In this document: in pieces, positions 40,370 through 51,895 of the stretch
Numbering within the stretch: the stretch's first letter is position 1
How the letters are laid out: each line of letters starts with the position of its first letter
NCBI GenBank assembly: GCA_965219415.1
Contig: CBDCNP010000002.1
Coordinates: 320,001 to 384,000 of the forward strand
Reading direction: 5' to 3'
Length of the DNA stretch: 64,000 bases
Origin: Candidatus Marinacidobacterales bacterium
GTDB lineage: Bacteria > Acidobacteriota > Vicinamibacteria > Marinacidobacterales > DATDRI01
Program-made: the position numbers and the translations under genes
The notes under the pieces: model-generated
Told to the model about the DNA's origin: nothing
What the model saw: the letters and a program-made list of their open reading frames with translations, nothing else
The model's database searches: none

Positions 40370-43300
40370 ATGCCTGAACACACTCTGGTCGATCAAGAAG
40401 CTCGAGACCGCATACGCACCAGTCTCGACGAAACGCTGCTTGTCGAGGCGGCGGCGGGGACCGGGAAGACCACCGAGCTCATCGAACGCATTATCGAAGT
40501 TATTCGGCGTGGCCGAGGCAAGCTTTCCACCTTGGTTGCGGTCACGTTTACCGAAAAGGCGGCGGGAGAGCTCAAGCTGCGACTTAGAACCAAGCTGGAG
40601 ACGGCTCGACGCGATGCGACCGGCCAGCCCGAAGTGCTAGCGCACCTAGAGGAAGGCCTCGCCCAACTGGAAGAGGCGCATATCGGCACGATCCACGGTT
40701 TCTGCGCCGATCTACTAAAGGAGAGGCCGCTCCAAGCGGGTGTCGATCCGTTCTTCGAGGTAGCCACCGAGGATGAGTCACAGAGACTCTACCGCCGAGT
40801 CTTCCTGCGGTGGCTACAGGAGAAGCTCGACGATCCACCGCCCGGGATCCGAAGGCTCCTGCGTCAACCCGTCGAGAACGAGTTGGGCCCCGTGGATCGA
40901 CTCTACCAGGCCGGGTGGGCTCTCATTGATCGTCGGGACTTCCCTACCCCATGGGAGATACGCCCATTCCCTCGAGAAAAGGAGATCGATTGGCTCGTCG
41001 AGAGATTCCTCCACTTGGCAAAGCAAAGCGAGGATTGCACGAGCACTAGTGACCGGCTCTACCGGGACTTAGCGGGGTTGCGATCTTTCGCCCTCGAGCT
41101 CGATCGCCAGGAGACCGCCAGCGGAAAACGCGATTACGACTTTCTGGAACACCGGCTACTCAAACTCGAGCTAGGCAAGACCAAGGGGCGGGGCCCTTAC
41201 TCGGATCGCGTCTCGCGCCAAGATCTCCTGGACGAGCGCGACTCCCTCCAAGAATCGCTGAAGGAGTTCCGAAAGAGGGCCGGTGCCGATCGGGCCGCCC
41301 ACCTTCAAAACGAGCTCCCCGAGCTCGTCGAGCGCTATCAGGAGATCAAAACAAAAGCGGGTCGTCTCGACTTCCTGGATCTCCTGGCTAGAGCCCGCGA
41401 CTTGCTTCGTGAGAACCGTCCTCTACGGGAAGAGCTTCAAAACCGATTCACCCACATCTTCGTCGACGAGTTTCAAGATACCGACCCACTGCAGGCCGAG
41501 ATTCTAGTCTTGCTCTCCTCCGACGACCCGTCAGTTGACAATTGGCGACGCGTGAAACCTCGCCGCGGGAAGCTCTTCGTGGTCGCCGATCCGAAACAAT
41601 CGATCTACCGTTTTCGTCGCGCCGACGTCTCCCTTTACCAGCAAATCAAAAGACAGCTCATGGAAGCCGGCGCCGAACGCGTTTTCTTGAGCGTGAGCTT
41701 TCGTGGTTCGCCCGAAATCCAAGAGGCAGTCAACGCCGCGATGTCGGAGGTCATGGACGGTTCGAAGGAGGCGCACCAGGCATCGTACGTGGGGCTCGAC
41801 CGGTACCGCGAGCCGATCATTGGTCAGCCATCCGTGATCGCCTTGTCCATTCCGCGGCCCTACAGCAAGTACGGCAACCTAGCTAACTACGCGATCGATA
41901 AATCCGAGCCCGGCGCGGTAACAGCGTGGATCAAATGGTTGCTCGAAGAAAGCGATTGGAAGGTGACCTCTCGGGGCAGCACCGATCCGTGTCCGATCCG
42001 CCCGTCCGACATCTGCCTTCTCTTTCGCCGCTTCGTATCCGGACGAAGGGATATCACTCGCCCCTACGTCGACGGATTGCAGGCACGGGACGTCCCTCAC
42101 GTGCTCGTTGGAGGACGCGGTTTTCACCAGCGCGAAGAGATCGACGCGATGCGGAACGCCCTCGCAGCGATCGAAAGACCCGACGATGAGCTCTCGGTTT
42201 TCTCTGCTCTCCGGGGTCCACTCTTCAGCCTCGCCGACGACGCGCTTTTTCTTTTTCGTACGCGCCACGGCCCTCTCCATCCGTTTCGCGAACCGAGTGG
42301 AGACCTATCGGAATCGGATCAAGAAATTGTGGCCACCCTGGAAATTCTCGCGCGTCTACACATAGGCAGGAATCACCGGCCGATCGCTCTCACTATCCGC
42401 CAGCTGCTAGACGAGACGCGCGCACAGGCGGGCTTCGCCCTTTGGCAAGCAGGAGATCAGGTGCTCGCCAATGTGTTGCGATTGCTGCAGCTGGCGCGGA
42501 ATTTCGAGAGTACCGGTGGGCTCTCTTTCCGCGGGTTCGTCGGCCACCTCGAGGGGTTGGCCGAGCGGGGCGAGGTCACCGAGCAGCCACTCATCGAGGA
42601 AGGCGTGCAAGGGGTCAGACTCATGACCGTGCATCGAGCCAAGGGCCTGGAGTTTCCCATCGTCATCCTCTGCGACATCACGTGCCCACTCGGAGAGAGC
42701 GCTTCCCGCCACATCGATCCCGATCGCAACCTTTTCGCGGTGCGATTGGCGGGGGGCGCCCCGTGGGAACTTCTCGACCATGAGGCCGTGGAGGGGCGTC
42801 GCGAGGCCGCCGAGAGTCAGAGACTTCTCTACGTTGCGGCAACGCGCGCCAGAGACATCCTCGTGGTCCCGGCGGTGGCGGACGCCATAAGACCCCGCAG
42901 CTGGGTTGCGGCGCTTGCACCGGCGCTCTATCCGATCGGTAAGACCTACCGTCTTCCCGTCGTTGCACCGGGATGCCCTCGGTTCGCAGAGGAGGCGGTA
43001 CTGGATCCACCGATGAACGCCCCGCCGCCGGGTGAGGGAATCAAACCCGGCCTCCATAAACCACGCAAGGGAGGCCACCGCGTCGTTTGGTGGGATCCCG
43101 CGCTGTTGGAAGAGGCGTACCAGCTAAAACCGAGCATCCGGCGGCACTGGATTCTGCAGGCCGACGAGGGGAGTGCGACCGACACCGGGACCGAGCGACA
43201 CGACGCTTGGCAGCGGCGACGAGACTCGCTTCTCGAGGAAGGAAGCGGTGCGTCGCTTGATGTTAGAACGGCCACCCGAGTTGCCGAGGAAACCACCGAG

Positions 43301-43798
43301 ACTCCTGACGGCGTTCGCGTCGAGGTCGTCGAGCGAGTGCCGAGACGCCCCGCCGGAAAAGGATTCGGCATCCTGGTGCACGAAGTGCTGGCGACAGCCG
43401 ACTTGAGCGCCGGGCGCGAACGACTCGACGCGTTGGCGCGGAGCCTCGGACGCGTCCTCGGCAACACCGAAGAAGAGGCTGAAGCCGCCGCTGAAGCCGC
43501 CGAGCGAGCCCTTGCCCATCCCCTACTTCGGCAGGCCGAGGCCGCGTCTCGACAAGAGGCGTCGCTCTTACGCGAAAGCCCGGTGGTGCTCAAAAGAGGA
43601 GACGGTTCGCTGGTCGAGGGAGTGGTCGATCTCGCGTTTCGGAAGCGGCGCGGTGCTCCCTGGACGGTCGTCGACTTCAAGACCGACGTGCGGGTGGATA
43701 TCCGACAAGAAGAATACAAACGCCAAGTGGCGCTCTATGCGGAAGCGCTCGGTCAGGCGACCGGAGCGGAAGCGGAAGGTGTTTTGTTGTACGTGTGA
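40370..43798 (+). CDS. addA: AddA-like UvrD helicase/nuclease
   Basis: AAAGTGKT, TFTEKAA, VDEFQD, DPKQSIYRFR, TVHRAKGLEF, YVAATRAR and DFKT. Confidence 0.92.
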   Translation: MPEHTLVDQEARDRIRTSLDETLLVEAAAGTGKTTELIERIIEVIRRGRGKLSTLVAVTFTEKAAGELKLRLRTKLETARRDATGQPEVLAHLEEGLAQLEEAHIGTIHGFCADLLKERPLQAGVDPFFEVATEDESQRLYRRVFLRWLQEKLDDPPPGIRRLLRQPVENELGPVDRLYQAGWALIDRRDFPTPWEIRPFPREKEIDWLVERFLHLAKQSEDCTSTSDRLYRDLAGLRSFALELDRQETASGKRDYDFLEHRLLKLELGKTKGRGPYSDRVSRQDLLDERDSLQESLKEFRKRAGADRAAHLQNELPELVERYQEIKTKAGRLDFLDLLARARDLLRENRPLREELQNRFTHIFVDEFQDTDPLQAEILVLLSSDDPSVDNWRRVKPRRGKLFVVADPKQSIYRFRRADVSLYQQIKRQLMEAGAERVFLSVSFRGSPEIQEAVNAAMSEVMDGSKEAHQASYVGLDRYREPIIGQPSVIALSIPRPYSKYGNLANYAIDKSEPGAVTAWIKWLLEESDWKVTSRGSTDPCPIRPSDICLLFRRFVSGRRDITRPYVDGLQARDVPHVLVGGRGFHQREEIDAMRNALAAIERPDDELSVFSALRGPLFSLADDALFLFRTRHGPLHPFREPSGDLSESDQEIVATLEILARLHIGRNHRPIALTIRQLLDETRAQAGFALWQAGDQVLANVLRLLQLARNFESTGGLSFRGFVGHLEGLAERGEVTEQPLIEEGVQGVRLMTVHRAKGLEFPIVILCDITCPLGESASRHIDPDRNLFAVRLAGGAPWELLDHEAVEGRREAAESQRLLYVAATRARDILVVPAVADAIRPRSWVAALAPALYPIGKTYRLPVVAPGCPRFAEEAVLDPPMNAPPPGEGIKPGLHKPRKGGHRVVWWDPALLEEAYQLKPSIRRHWILQADEGSATDTGTERHDAWQRRRDSLLEEGSGASLDVRTATRVAEETTETPDGVRVEVVERVPRRPAGKGFGILVHEVLATADLSAGRERLDALARSLGRVLGNTEEEAEAAAEAAERALAHPLLRQAEAASRQEASLLRESPVVLKRGDGSLVEGVVDLAFRKRRGAPWTVVDFKTDVRVDIRQEEYKRQVALYAEALGQATGAEAEGVLLYV

Positions 43799-43935
43799 TC
43801 GGCCCACAGCGCCGAAAGGCGACGTTTCCTAGTCGTGCAGGCACGCGGCCGTCAAAACCCCCCGGCACTTGCGCTCGTGCGTAGACACGGTTAGTCTGCG
43901 GCTGGCTAGAACGCAACCACGCCGGGGGACAAAAG

Positions 43936-44376
43936 TTGAGCGCAAAACTGAGAGTAGCGAGCTGGATCCTGCTGACCCTCATCGGAGGGCTGACGCTTCT
44001 CGGATCCGTGGCCTCCGTGTATGTAGCCTACGTCGCGGACGCGGGGCAAGATCAAATCGGTCCAATGACACTGAGCGAGCTCGCCGAAGGTCGGAACGAA
44101 GTCGAAATCGCCCTCCGAGCCCGGCGCGGCACCGCTGCGGCGTTCGCGACTGGTTATGCTCTTTTGTTCCTGACGATCGTGCTCGTCCCCTACCGCAAAG
44201 GGGAAGTATGGGCCTGGTGGGCCCTTCTGATCGGGACGATCGCAACGACCGGCGTTATTTTGATGCGCGTCCCGACGATCGGGACGAATCTCGGCCTCGC
44301 AGCGGCGACGATTCCGCTCGCTGTCGGCATCGTCGCCCTTCTGCTCGATGCCGGCCGCCTGAAAGCTACAACCTAG
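43936..44376 (+). CDS. four-TM hypothetical membrane protein
   Basis: Hydrophobic helices and PYRKGEVWAWW. Confidence 0.7.
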   Translation: MSAKLRVASWILLTLIGGLTLLGSVASVYVAYVADAGQDQIGPMTLSELAEGRNEVEIALRARRGTAAAFATGYALLFLTIVLVPYRKGEVWAWWALLIGTIATTGVILMRVPTIGTNLGLAAATIPLAVGIVALLLDAGRLKATT

Positions 44377-44500
44377 CGCTAAATTGCCCGGGCGCGAGAC
44401 CAACTGCATGCGCGTGCGTCTCGTGGGCTTTCGCATAACCCTGGCGTTCCCCTACCTCGATACCAACCGCTGCTTAAGACGCGGGGAAAACCCGACGACT

Positions 44501-44586
44501 CCGGCGGATGAAACCGCCCCATCTGCAGCCGTCCAACCATCATCCACGAACAACACGGTGCCGGATACGTAGCTCGCTGCGTCGGA
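44501..44586 (-). pseudogene. diverged copy of the SDR gene 3' end
   Basis: Aligns to 47311-47395 with about ten differences; reads SDAASYVSGTVLFVDDGWTAAD. Confidence 0.8.
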
Positions 44587-44674
44587 TACGCGGGTGAACG
44601 TGAGTGGATTTCAAACCAAGGGATTCCTGTTCAGTATGGGGAACACTCCGATCCGCGATCGAAATTGCGGTCTA

Positions 44675-47257
44675 CTAACGGAGCATCGTATTGAAAAGTA
44701 GCTTGAACGTCCCGTATGTCTGGGCACGATGCTGCGTGCGGAAGCCGATGAGAACCACCTGGCCCTCACCCTGCTTCGCAGCGACCATTGCCGCTTTCTT
44801 CGACAAATGTTCCTCGCCGATGAGCCACCCGCTTTGCAGAATGTCGCGATCTACGTACGTGACGATGCGCTCGTACCGATCGTTGTTTCTGTTGGGGACG
44901 ATCTCGAACGCTGGGTTCTGCCAGTTGAGCACCAAGCCCCGCGACGGCATGCCGTACGCGAGTGGGTGGCCGTTGTCGAATGCCACTCTTAGTGTCGAGC
45001 CGGGGCAGAAGTAATCCTCCGAGTCGATGTCCTCCAGGACGTTGCGAACCTTCAGCTCAAATGTTTCGATGGCGAAGTTGCTAGCCTCCCCCAGAGCGAC
45101 GACGGCGCCCCCGGATTCGACGAACTGTTTCAACGACGCCACGCCCTCGTCTCCGATGCCGGTCATATACTCGGGAGGATAGATCTCGGGGGGCCGACCG
45201 GGCCTCGGTTCCTCTTCCTCCCCGGTGATCATTTCCTTGGAGTCGTGTGGCAAGAGGATTACATCGTATTTGGCGTCGAGCCCGCCTTTCTTGATCTCCT
45301 CGTCCATAAGCGAGGTGTAAGGAAAGGAGAATGTTTCCAGCAAGAACCGGGTCCATCCTTCGTCCATGTTTCCGCCCCGGTAGCGTTGATACATACCTAC
45401 GCGCATCCGCTTCACATCGTGGATTCCATCCCGCGGCTCCGCATCGAGCGGTGTAAAGTCCACTCCCGTCTCCCCGGCTACTTCCCGAAGAGTGGATTCT
45501 GAGCCACCACTCACGATGAAGTCTCCGAGGTGGAGGTCATCGGTCGCCTCGTCCACCCGCCGCACACTAACGCCTTTGTCGAGCAAGAGGTTGGCCGCCT
45601 TAAAGCTCTGATTCAGTCGGCCGTCCAGGACGAAGTGCGACCCCGAGCCCACTGTACCTGCCATCGGGACCGGCCCAGTCAGTCTCTCGAAATCGCCACT
45701 CACCGCGCCGTCTATCGCGTCCACCCGGACGCCCATGAACTCGCTCATGGTGTGAGTGGAAGTATCGTAAGGACGGAGGGGAGATCCGTCCCGCGCCCGC
45801 GTCCACTCATTGTCGGGGTAGAGCGTACGCCCGAGGAGGTTCCGGATCAGTCCCATCTTGGGCTGCGCGAGAGAGATGACGTAGGAGCCCTCCTGGTAGC
45901 TCATTTCCCCGACACTGAATGGCTTTTCGGCCCTCTGGATCTCGATATCGGATTGCAGCAACGTGTTCACCATCTTGATCGTCGTCAAGCGATCGTGCTG
46001 GACGGTGGGGATGACATAAGCCTTGGGTGTTCCCAGAGCACCCCGTTCCGTCTGCCTCTTCGCCTTCAGGTAACCGTTCCAGAGCACCGTTTCCTTGTTG
46101 CGCGCGGCGAGATCCTGTATGGCCCAAGCGGCTATTTTCTGCTGCTCGACGATGTCGCGAAGCCTCCACCAGCCTCCCTCCCAGGGGTTCGGCATCGTCG
46201 ACTGCGCCTCGTACTCGGGAAGCCCGCGGGCGCCGCCGCGAAGCTGGTCGGGATGGAGGTAGAGCGGCGTCGCGAGGCTTGCGCTCGCCGCCTCGGTGAG
46301 CATTCCCGCGATGTTGTGGACCGGCGTGATCCAGTGCCATCCGAAATGCCCCCAGCCAGGATACTGGCCAGCATTGAGCACCCCGGCCTTGCCATTCTCC
46401 TCGAGCTTGTAAGCGATGTGCGCGCCATACCAACTGAGCTCCCGCCACATAAGAGGGTCTGCATACGGACGAATGGGCTCGCTATAAGGGGGCACGTAAA
46501 AGCGGGCCCCGTAAGCTCCCATTTGATGATGGTCGACGTACGCCTGTGGCTTCCAGTCGCGATAGAGCACCTTGGCCGTGTACACCGCCTCCACCATGTT
46601 GAGAAAATCCGCGTCCCGATTGTTGTCGTGGCCAACGTACTTGTGGTAGAGCCAAGGAAGGCCCACCCCCTCGTACTCCGTGCCAAGGTTGTCGCGATAC
46701 CAGTCGGTCACCATGATCTGACCGTCCGGGTTGAAGCAAGGAAACAGGAGCAGGATGGTGTTGTCCAGGATGCGCGTGGTTTCCGCGTCGTCGCGTGAAA
46801 GAAGGTCGTAGGTGAGCTCGGGAGCCGTCTGCGCCCCCCCGACCTCCGTGGCGTGAAGCCCGAAAGACTGACTCACTACGGCCTTGCCCTCATCGATCAA
46901 TCGTCGGATCTCTTCCTCCGGGATCCGCGGGTCCTGAAGCTGCAGGTTCACTTCCCGAATCCGCTCCAGATTAGCAATGTTCTCCGGCGAAGAGATGATC
47001 GCCAGGAGATACGGATGGCCGTCGGTGGAGGGCCCCATGTTGCTCACTTGAATTCGATCGCTCTCCTTGGCGAGAAGCTCGTAGTACTCGACGATCTTGT
47101 CCCAGCGAGCCAGCTTCCTGTCCGTGCCAAGTTGGAAACCGAAGAACTCGTCGGGCGATGTAACTTCGTTCACCGCTTGAGCGGAGGCCAGACTGGAGCC
47201 CATTAGCAGAGCGCCAAGCGCACAAGAGCTCACGATGAAACGCGTTTTGAGCGTCAT
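44675..47257 (-). CDS. secreted M14 zinc carboxypeptidase
   Basis: HATE (HxxE), NPDG, DNNRD, DHHQMG and a C-terminal GATase-like domain. Confidence 0.9.
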   Translation of the reverse strand: MTLKTRFIVSSCALGALLMGSSLASAQAVNEVTSPDEFFGFQLGTDRKLARWDKIVEYYELLAKESDRIQVSNMGPSTDGHPYLLAIISSPENIANLERIREVNLQLQDPRIPEEEIRRLIDEGKAVVSQSFGLHATEVGGAQTAPELTYDLLSRDDAETTRILDNTILLLFPCFNPDGQIMVTDWYRDNLGTEYEGVGLPWLYHKYVGHDNNRDADFLNMVEAVYTAKVLYRDWKPQAYVDHHQMGAYGARFYVPPYSEPIRPYADPLMWRELSWYGAHIAYKLEENGKAGVLNAGQYPGWGHFGWHWITPVHNIAGMLTEAASASLATPLYLHPDQLRGGARGLPEYEAQSTMPNPWEGGWWRLRDIVEQQKIAAWAIQDLAARNKETVLWNGYLKAKRQTERGALGTPKAYVIPTVQHDRLTTIKMVNTLLQSDIEIQRAEKPFSVGEMSYQEGSYVISLAQPKMGLIRNLLGRTLYPDNEWTRARDGSPLRPYDTSTHTMSEFMGVRVDAIDGAVSGDFERLTGPVPMAGTVGSGSHFVLDGRLNQSFKAANLLLDKGVSVRRVDEATDDLHLGDFIVSGGSESTLREVAGETGVDFTPLDAEPRDGIHDVKRMRVGMYQRYRGGNMDEGWTRFLLETFSFPYTSLMDEEIKKGGLDAKYDVILLPHDSKEMITGEEEEPRPGRPPEIYPPEYMTGIGDEGVASLKQFVESGGAVVALGEASNFAIETFELKVRNVLEDIDSEDYFCPGSTLRVAFDNGHPLAYGMPSRGLVLNWQNPAFEIVPNRNNDRYERIVTYVDRDILQSGWLIGEEHLSKKAAMVAAKQGEGQVVLIGFRTQHRAQTYGTFKLLFNTMLR

Positions 47258-47302
47258 AGGAATACTTCCTTCCTTTTCAAAGTGTGCGTCACGGCTCCAA
47301 CG

Positions 47303-48096
47303 TCACATCCCTGGCGGTTGAAACCGCCCGTCCGCAGCCGTCCAACCACCATCCACGAACAACACGGTGCCGGTCACGTAGCTTGCGGCGTCGGAGGCGA
47401 GAAAGACCGTCGGCCCTACCATCTCCTCGGCCCGTGCCCATCTCTTCAAGACGGTCTTTGCCGCGTAGGCTTCATACCAATCGGGGTTCGAGCGAATGGG
47501 AGCGGTGAGAGGTGTTTCGACGACTCCCGGGGCAACCGCGTTCACTCGCACACCGGACGGGCCGAGCTCGGCCGCCAGCGTCCGCACGATTTGAACCATG
47601 CCCGCTTTCGTCGCCGCATACACCGCTTGACCGGGCTCGACGACCAGAGATCGAATCGAAGAGAAGATGACGATGCTTCCACCTTTTTGCGCGGCCATGA
47701 TTCTCCCCGCCGTCTGAAGTACATGAAAGTTACCTTTCAGGTTCAAATCGATCACGCGGTCCAGTTCCTCTTCCTTGTACTTCAAGATCGGCTTTCGAAC
47801 GTTGATGCTGGGCGTTGATATGACGACATGAGTCGATTATGAGTTTCCCGGATCTTTCCCAATTCGGCACTCACCGCCTCACGGTCTCGGATGTCTAGGT
47901 GCGCCGAGCTGGCTAGGCCTCCGGCAACTTGAATTCTCGTAGCGATGGCGCGGGCTGCGTCGGCGTTGATGTCGAGACACGTGACGTGCGCCCCTTGTGT
48001 AGCGCAGCCCTCCGCCACTGCCTCACCGATACCGGATGCGGCACCCACCACCGCCACGGTTTTCCCGTCTAACCGGAACAGCGCTTCGTCCGCCAT
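47303..48096 (-). CDS. SDR oxidoreductase, frameshift near 47830
   Basis: GAASGIG, YAATK, VNAVAPG and VDGGW. Confidence 0.88.
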
Positions 48097-49517
48097 CAAA
48101 TCTCCCCGGCTCCCTCAGTGGGCCTCGCTGAACCGATTCGAGCGAGCGCCACCACCGCGAACCCGAGGCCGGAAGCGATGAGGCCGATGAGCGCCGGGGT
48201 CCAGGCGCCGAAACCCATTCCCCTCGTGTGCAGGTGCACGGCAAGCAAAACCGAGACTCCGACGCCGATCGCGGCCAGCACTTCGGGCGTTCCCGCGCGA
48301 CGATAGTGAAGCCCTGCGACGATAGGCACGAACAGAGAAACCGATAGAAGAGAATAGAAGACCTTCAAGGCTCCGATCACGGTTGGCACCACGATCGCCA
48401 GCAACACTCCCAGCGCTCCCCCGGTCACGGCAGCGATGCGGGCGACTCTCAAGACACGCGAATCACTCGCGCCGGGATTCACAAAACGGCGATAGAGATC
48501 TTGGGAGAGCGACGTGGACAACATGAAAAGGATGGCGTCGCAGGAGCTCAATTCGGCGGAGAAAACCGCCGCCAGTCCCAACGTGCCGACAGCCAGCGGA
48601 AGCTCGTAGACCAAAACCGTCGCTAGTGCGTCCTCATGGTTCAAGAGCTCTGGGTGATGGACTCGGGCGATCATTCCGAGGAGTGGAGGTACAAAGGCGA
48701 ACACCAGGAGTACCAGGGCGGTCGCAGAAACCCCGATGCGAACGGTTCTCTCGTCTCGCGCGCCGAACGTCTTTTGCAAGATCCCCGGAGAAATAATGAA
48801 GGCTGGAACGATCATCGCGACGTAGATCCACCCCGAGCCTCCCCCCCGCCAGAAATTCGTATACGCTGGGTTGGTGGCTGCTTCCGTCGCCATGACTGCG
48901 CCCCAACCACCCGCGGCGGCGAGCGACATCGGCAATGCCACCGCGAAGCCAACCAATAACACAACGAGTTGGACCGCGTTGACCCAAGCCGAAGTCAGCA
49001 AGCCACCGGCCGTGAAGTACGTCGTCATGACCACGCCACCGATGAGGCAACCTAAATACCGCGGCACGCCCGCGACCACGTGCAGGATCGTAGAAATGGC
49101 GATGAGCTGCCCAGCGAGGATGACGAGTGTCCCAATCCAAAGAAGTGTCGCCACGACACCCCGAACCGAACTGCTGTAGCGAAGCTCGAGGAAATCCCCG
49201 ACCGTCCGGAGATCGTGGCGCTTCGCCAACCGCCACAATCGTGGGCCTACCCAAAAAGCCAAAAGGACGGAACCAATGCCCGCCGAGCCGACCCACCACC
49301 ATGCGCTGAGGCCATCCCGGTATCCGAGTCCCGCCGCCCCGACGGTCGAGCCGGCTCCAATGTTTGCGGCAAGCAAGGTCGAAAAGAGCAGCACCGGACC
49401 GAGCTGCCTCCCGGCGACGAAAAAAGCTCCTGTGGTTTTGACGAGGCGCCCTATGATGAGCCCGAGGAAGACTAGAAGAAGCGAGTAACCGATGAGGAAG
49501 AGGAGATGCAGACTCAC
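48096..49517 (-). CDS. sodium:solute symporter
   Basis: FFVAGR, NIGAGSTVG and many TM helices. Confidence 0.92.
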   Translation of the reverse strand: MSLHLLFLIGYSLLLVFLGLIIGRLVKTTGAFFVAGRQLGPVLLFSTLLAANIGAGSTVGAAGLGYRDGLSAWWWVGSAGIGSVLLAFWVGPRLWRLAKRHDLRTVGDFLELRYSSSVRGVVATLLWIGTLVILAGQLIAISTILHVVAGVPRYLGCLIGGVVMTTYFTAGGLLTSAWVNAVQLVVLLVGFAVALPMSLAAAGGWGAVMATEAATNPAYTNFWRGGGSGWIYVAMIVPAFIISPGILQKTFGARDERTVRIGVSATALVLLVFAFVPPLLGMIARVHHPELLNHEDALATVLVYELPLAVGTLGLAAVFSAELSSCDAILFMLSTSLSQDLYRRFVNPGASDSRVLRVARIAAVTGGALGVLLAIVVPTVIGALKVFYSLLSVSLFVPIVAGLHYRRAGTPEVLAAIGVGVSVLLAVHLHTRGMGFGAWTPALIGLIASGLGFAVVALARIGSARPTEGAGEI

Positions 49518-50563
49518 TTCGTCTCGCTGGACAGATCGCGCGCGGAGGGATAGCCCGGAATGCCTTCGACCGCCTTTACCGCCCGAACAATCGCATCCGC
49601 AATGACCTCTGCCGCCAAAGCACCGACAAGCGTTACGTTTGGATCCCCGTCCCAGGTACCGGTGGCCAGAGCGAAAATGGTGTCGCCGTCACTGGCAGTG
49701 TGAGCAGGGACCACTGCCCGCGCCAAGCCGTCGTGCGCCATCTGCGCGATCTTCGTAACCTGAGTCTTCGTCAGCCGAGCGTTCGTCGCAGTGACCCCGA
49801 TGGTAGTGTTTTCTCCCGGACGAGCCCGCAGGAATTCGCCGGACCGTAGTAGCTTTCTGACATCGGCCAATCTCTTGCCGTCTTCGGTGCGGACGCCGGC
49901 GAGCACTCGTCCGGTTGCCGGATCGATGACGTCTCCTGCAGCGTTGACGGCGACAAGGGCGGCGACGGTGAGACCACTGGACAATGTGATCGCCGCGGTC
50001 CCCAGCCCTCCCTTCATGGCGCGAGCGTACCCGGCGAGCTTCCCCACGGTTGCTCCTGCCCCGGCACCGATATTCCCTTCCAGGACTGGACGGTCGCTTG
50101 CTGCGAGCGCGGCCTTGTAACCACACTCTGCGCCGGGTCGAACATGAGGTTTGTCGCCGACTCGGAGATCGAGAAGTACGGCGGCGGGAACAATGGGTAC
50201 CGTGGCATAGCCCAGGTCGTAGCCGATCCCCTTCTCCTCCAAGTACCGCACCACACCGGAGGCCGAGTCGAGCCCAAAGGCACTACCACCCGAAAGCACC
50301 ACCGCGTGAACCTCCTCGACGGTATCGGTAGGATCGAGTAGCTCCGTCTCGCGAGTTCCAGGAGCCGAGCCGCGTACGTCGACTCCAGCCACCGCTCCTG
50401 CCTCGGTGAGAATGACGGTGCATCCGGTTGGACGTTCGGTGAGCGTGTGGTGGCCGACTTTGATGCCCTCGACGAGGGTTAAACCGGAAGGAGTCGAGTC
50501 TTGGCCAAGCGCCGGGAGGCAAACGGCCAGAACCAGCAACGGTGTGACCTGGAAGGACTTCAC
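49514..50563 (-). CDS. P1/S58 (DmpA-like) peptidase, secreted
   Basis: VGH, TGCTV, DVRG.APGTRET, GGSAFGL, ENTTI and DGDT. Confidence 0.9.
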   Translation of the reverse strand: MKSFQVTPLLVLAVCLPALGQDSTPSGLTLVEGIKVGHHTLTERPTGCTVILTEAGAVAGVDVRGSAPGTRETELLDPTDTVEEVHAVVLSGGSAFGLDSASGVVRYLEEKGIGYDLGYATVPIVPAAVLLDLRVGDKPHVRPGAECGYKAALAASDRPVLEGNIGAGAGATVGKLAGYARAMKGGLGTAAITLSSGLTVAALVAVNAAGDVIDPATGRVLAGVRTEDGKRLADVRKLLRSGEFLRARPGENTTIGVTATNARLTKTQVTKIAQMAHDGLARAVVPAHTASDGDTIFALATGTWDGDPNVTLVGALAAEVIADAIVRAVKAVEGIPGYPSARDLSSETK

Positions 50564-50611
50564 GCCCAGAACCTACCAAACTAATATAATGTTGCCAAGT
50601 TGCTCGAGCTA

Positions 50612-51872
50612 ATGGACGCACTACTCAGAGAAGTCGAAGCGGCCCGCGACGAGATCGTCGACTTTGCGGTGGAGCTCATACGGATCCCGACGGTGAATCC
50701 GCCAGGAGAAAACTACCGCGAGTGCGCGTCGTTCATCGGAAAGAAGCTCCAGGAATTCGGATTCCAAGTTGACTATCACGTCGCCGACGACCGCGACGAG
50801 CACACTGAGAAGCACCCACGCGTCAATATCGTCGGACGCCGCAGTGGCGACGAGCCACGCCCTCTCGTTCACCTAAACGGTCACATGGATGTGGTGCCGA
50901 CGGGCCAAGGCTGGACGGTGGATCCTTTTGGCGGTACCGTCCGTGACGGCCGTCTTTACGGTCGAGGCAGCTCGGATATGAAATCCGGCATTGCCGCCGC
51001 GGTTTTCGCCGCCGAGGCTCTCCGACGCGCCGGAGTCTCGCTTCGAGGGAGCGTCGAGATCAGCGGCACCGTGGACGAAGAGAGCGGAGGGTACGCCGGA
51101 GTCGGATGGCTAGCCGAGAAGGGCCATATTGCCTCCGACCGGACCGACTATGTGATCATTCCGGAGCCCTTTGGTCGAGATCGCGTCTGTGTGGGCCATC
51201 GTGGCGTCTATTGGTTCAAGGTAACCGCTCGAGGCCGAATGGCTCACGGGAGCATGCCCTTCCTCGGCGTCAACGCTATCGAGCGAATGGCTCCTCTTAT
51301 GGAAGCCTTTCGCACGGAGCTGATTCCGGCTCTTGCCCAACGCACGACGGAGATGCCGGTCGTTCCTCACGAGGCACGGAGGGCGAGCATCAATTATAAA
51401 TGCGATCCAGGGCGGCCAAGTAGCCGAGTTTGGACAAACACCGTGCGTTCCCGACCGTTGTGAGATCATCGTGGACCGCCGCTTTCTCATCGAAGAAGAT
51501 GCGGAGCTTGTGAAAAAAGAAATCTCGGCAATTGTCGACAGAGTCGGTTCGCGGACTCCCGAGGGAGACTATGATTTGAAGGAGTTGCTCCTCTTTCATC
51601 CGGTGATGACGCCCGAGGACTCACCGCTTACCGCTGCTCTCGAAGACGCTATAAAGAAAGTAACCGGAGAAAACGCGCAACTGGTCGCCAGCCCCGGAAC
51701 TTATGATCACAAGCATGTCTCCCGTGTTGCGGGAGTCGACCATTGCGTTGCGTATGGGCCAGGCATCCTAGAAATGGCTCATCAACCGGACGAGTACTGC
51801 GAAGTGGAAACCTTGGTCGACGCCACCAAGGTTCTGTCATTGGTCCTATTGGAGTCGGTGGGAAAAAACTAG
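50612..51872 (+). CDS. ArgE/DapE-family M20 deacylase, frameshift near 51400
   Basis: NGHMDVV, GRGSSDMK, DEESG, YGPG and AHQPDE. Confidence 0.88.
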
Positions 51873-51895
51873 AGACTTGCCACGAGAGGACACTT

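Noticed and set aside
36943-43798. Novel helicase-nuclease defence system
   Set aside because: Gene order and motifs fit housekeeping AddAB.
45530-46798. Long antisense ORFs (also 10249-11268 and 42946-43719)
   Set aside because: Shadows of well-supported genes in GC-rich DNA, with no recognisable motifs.
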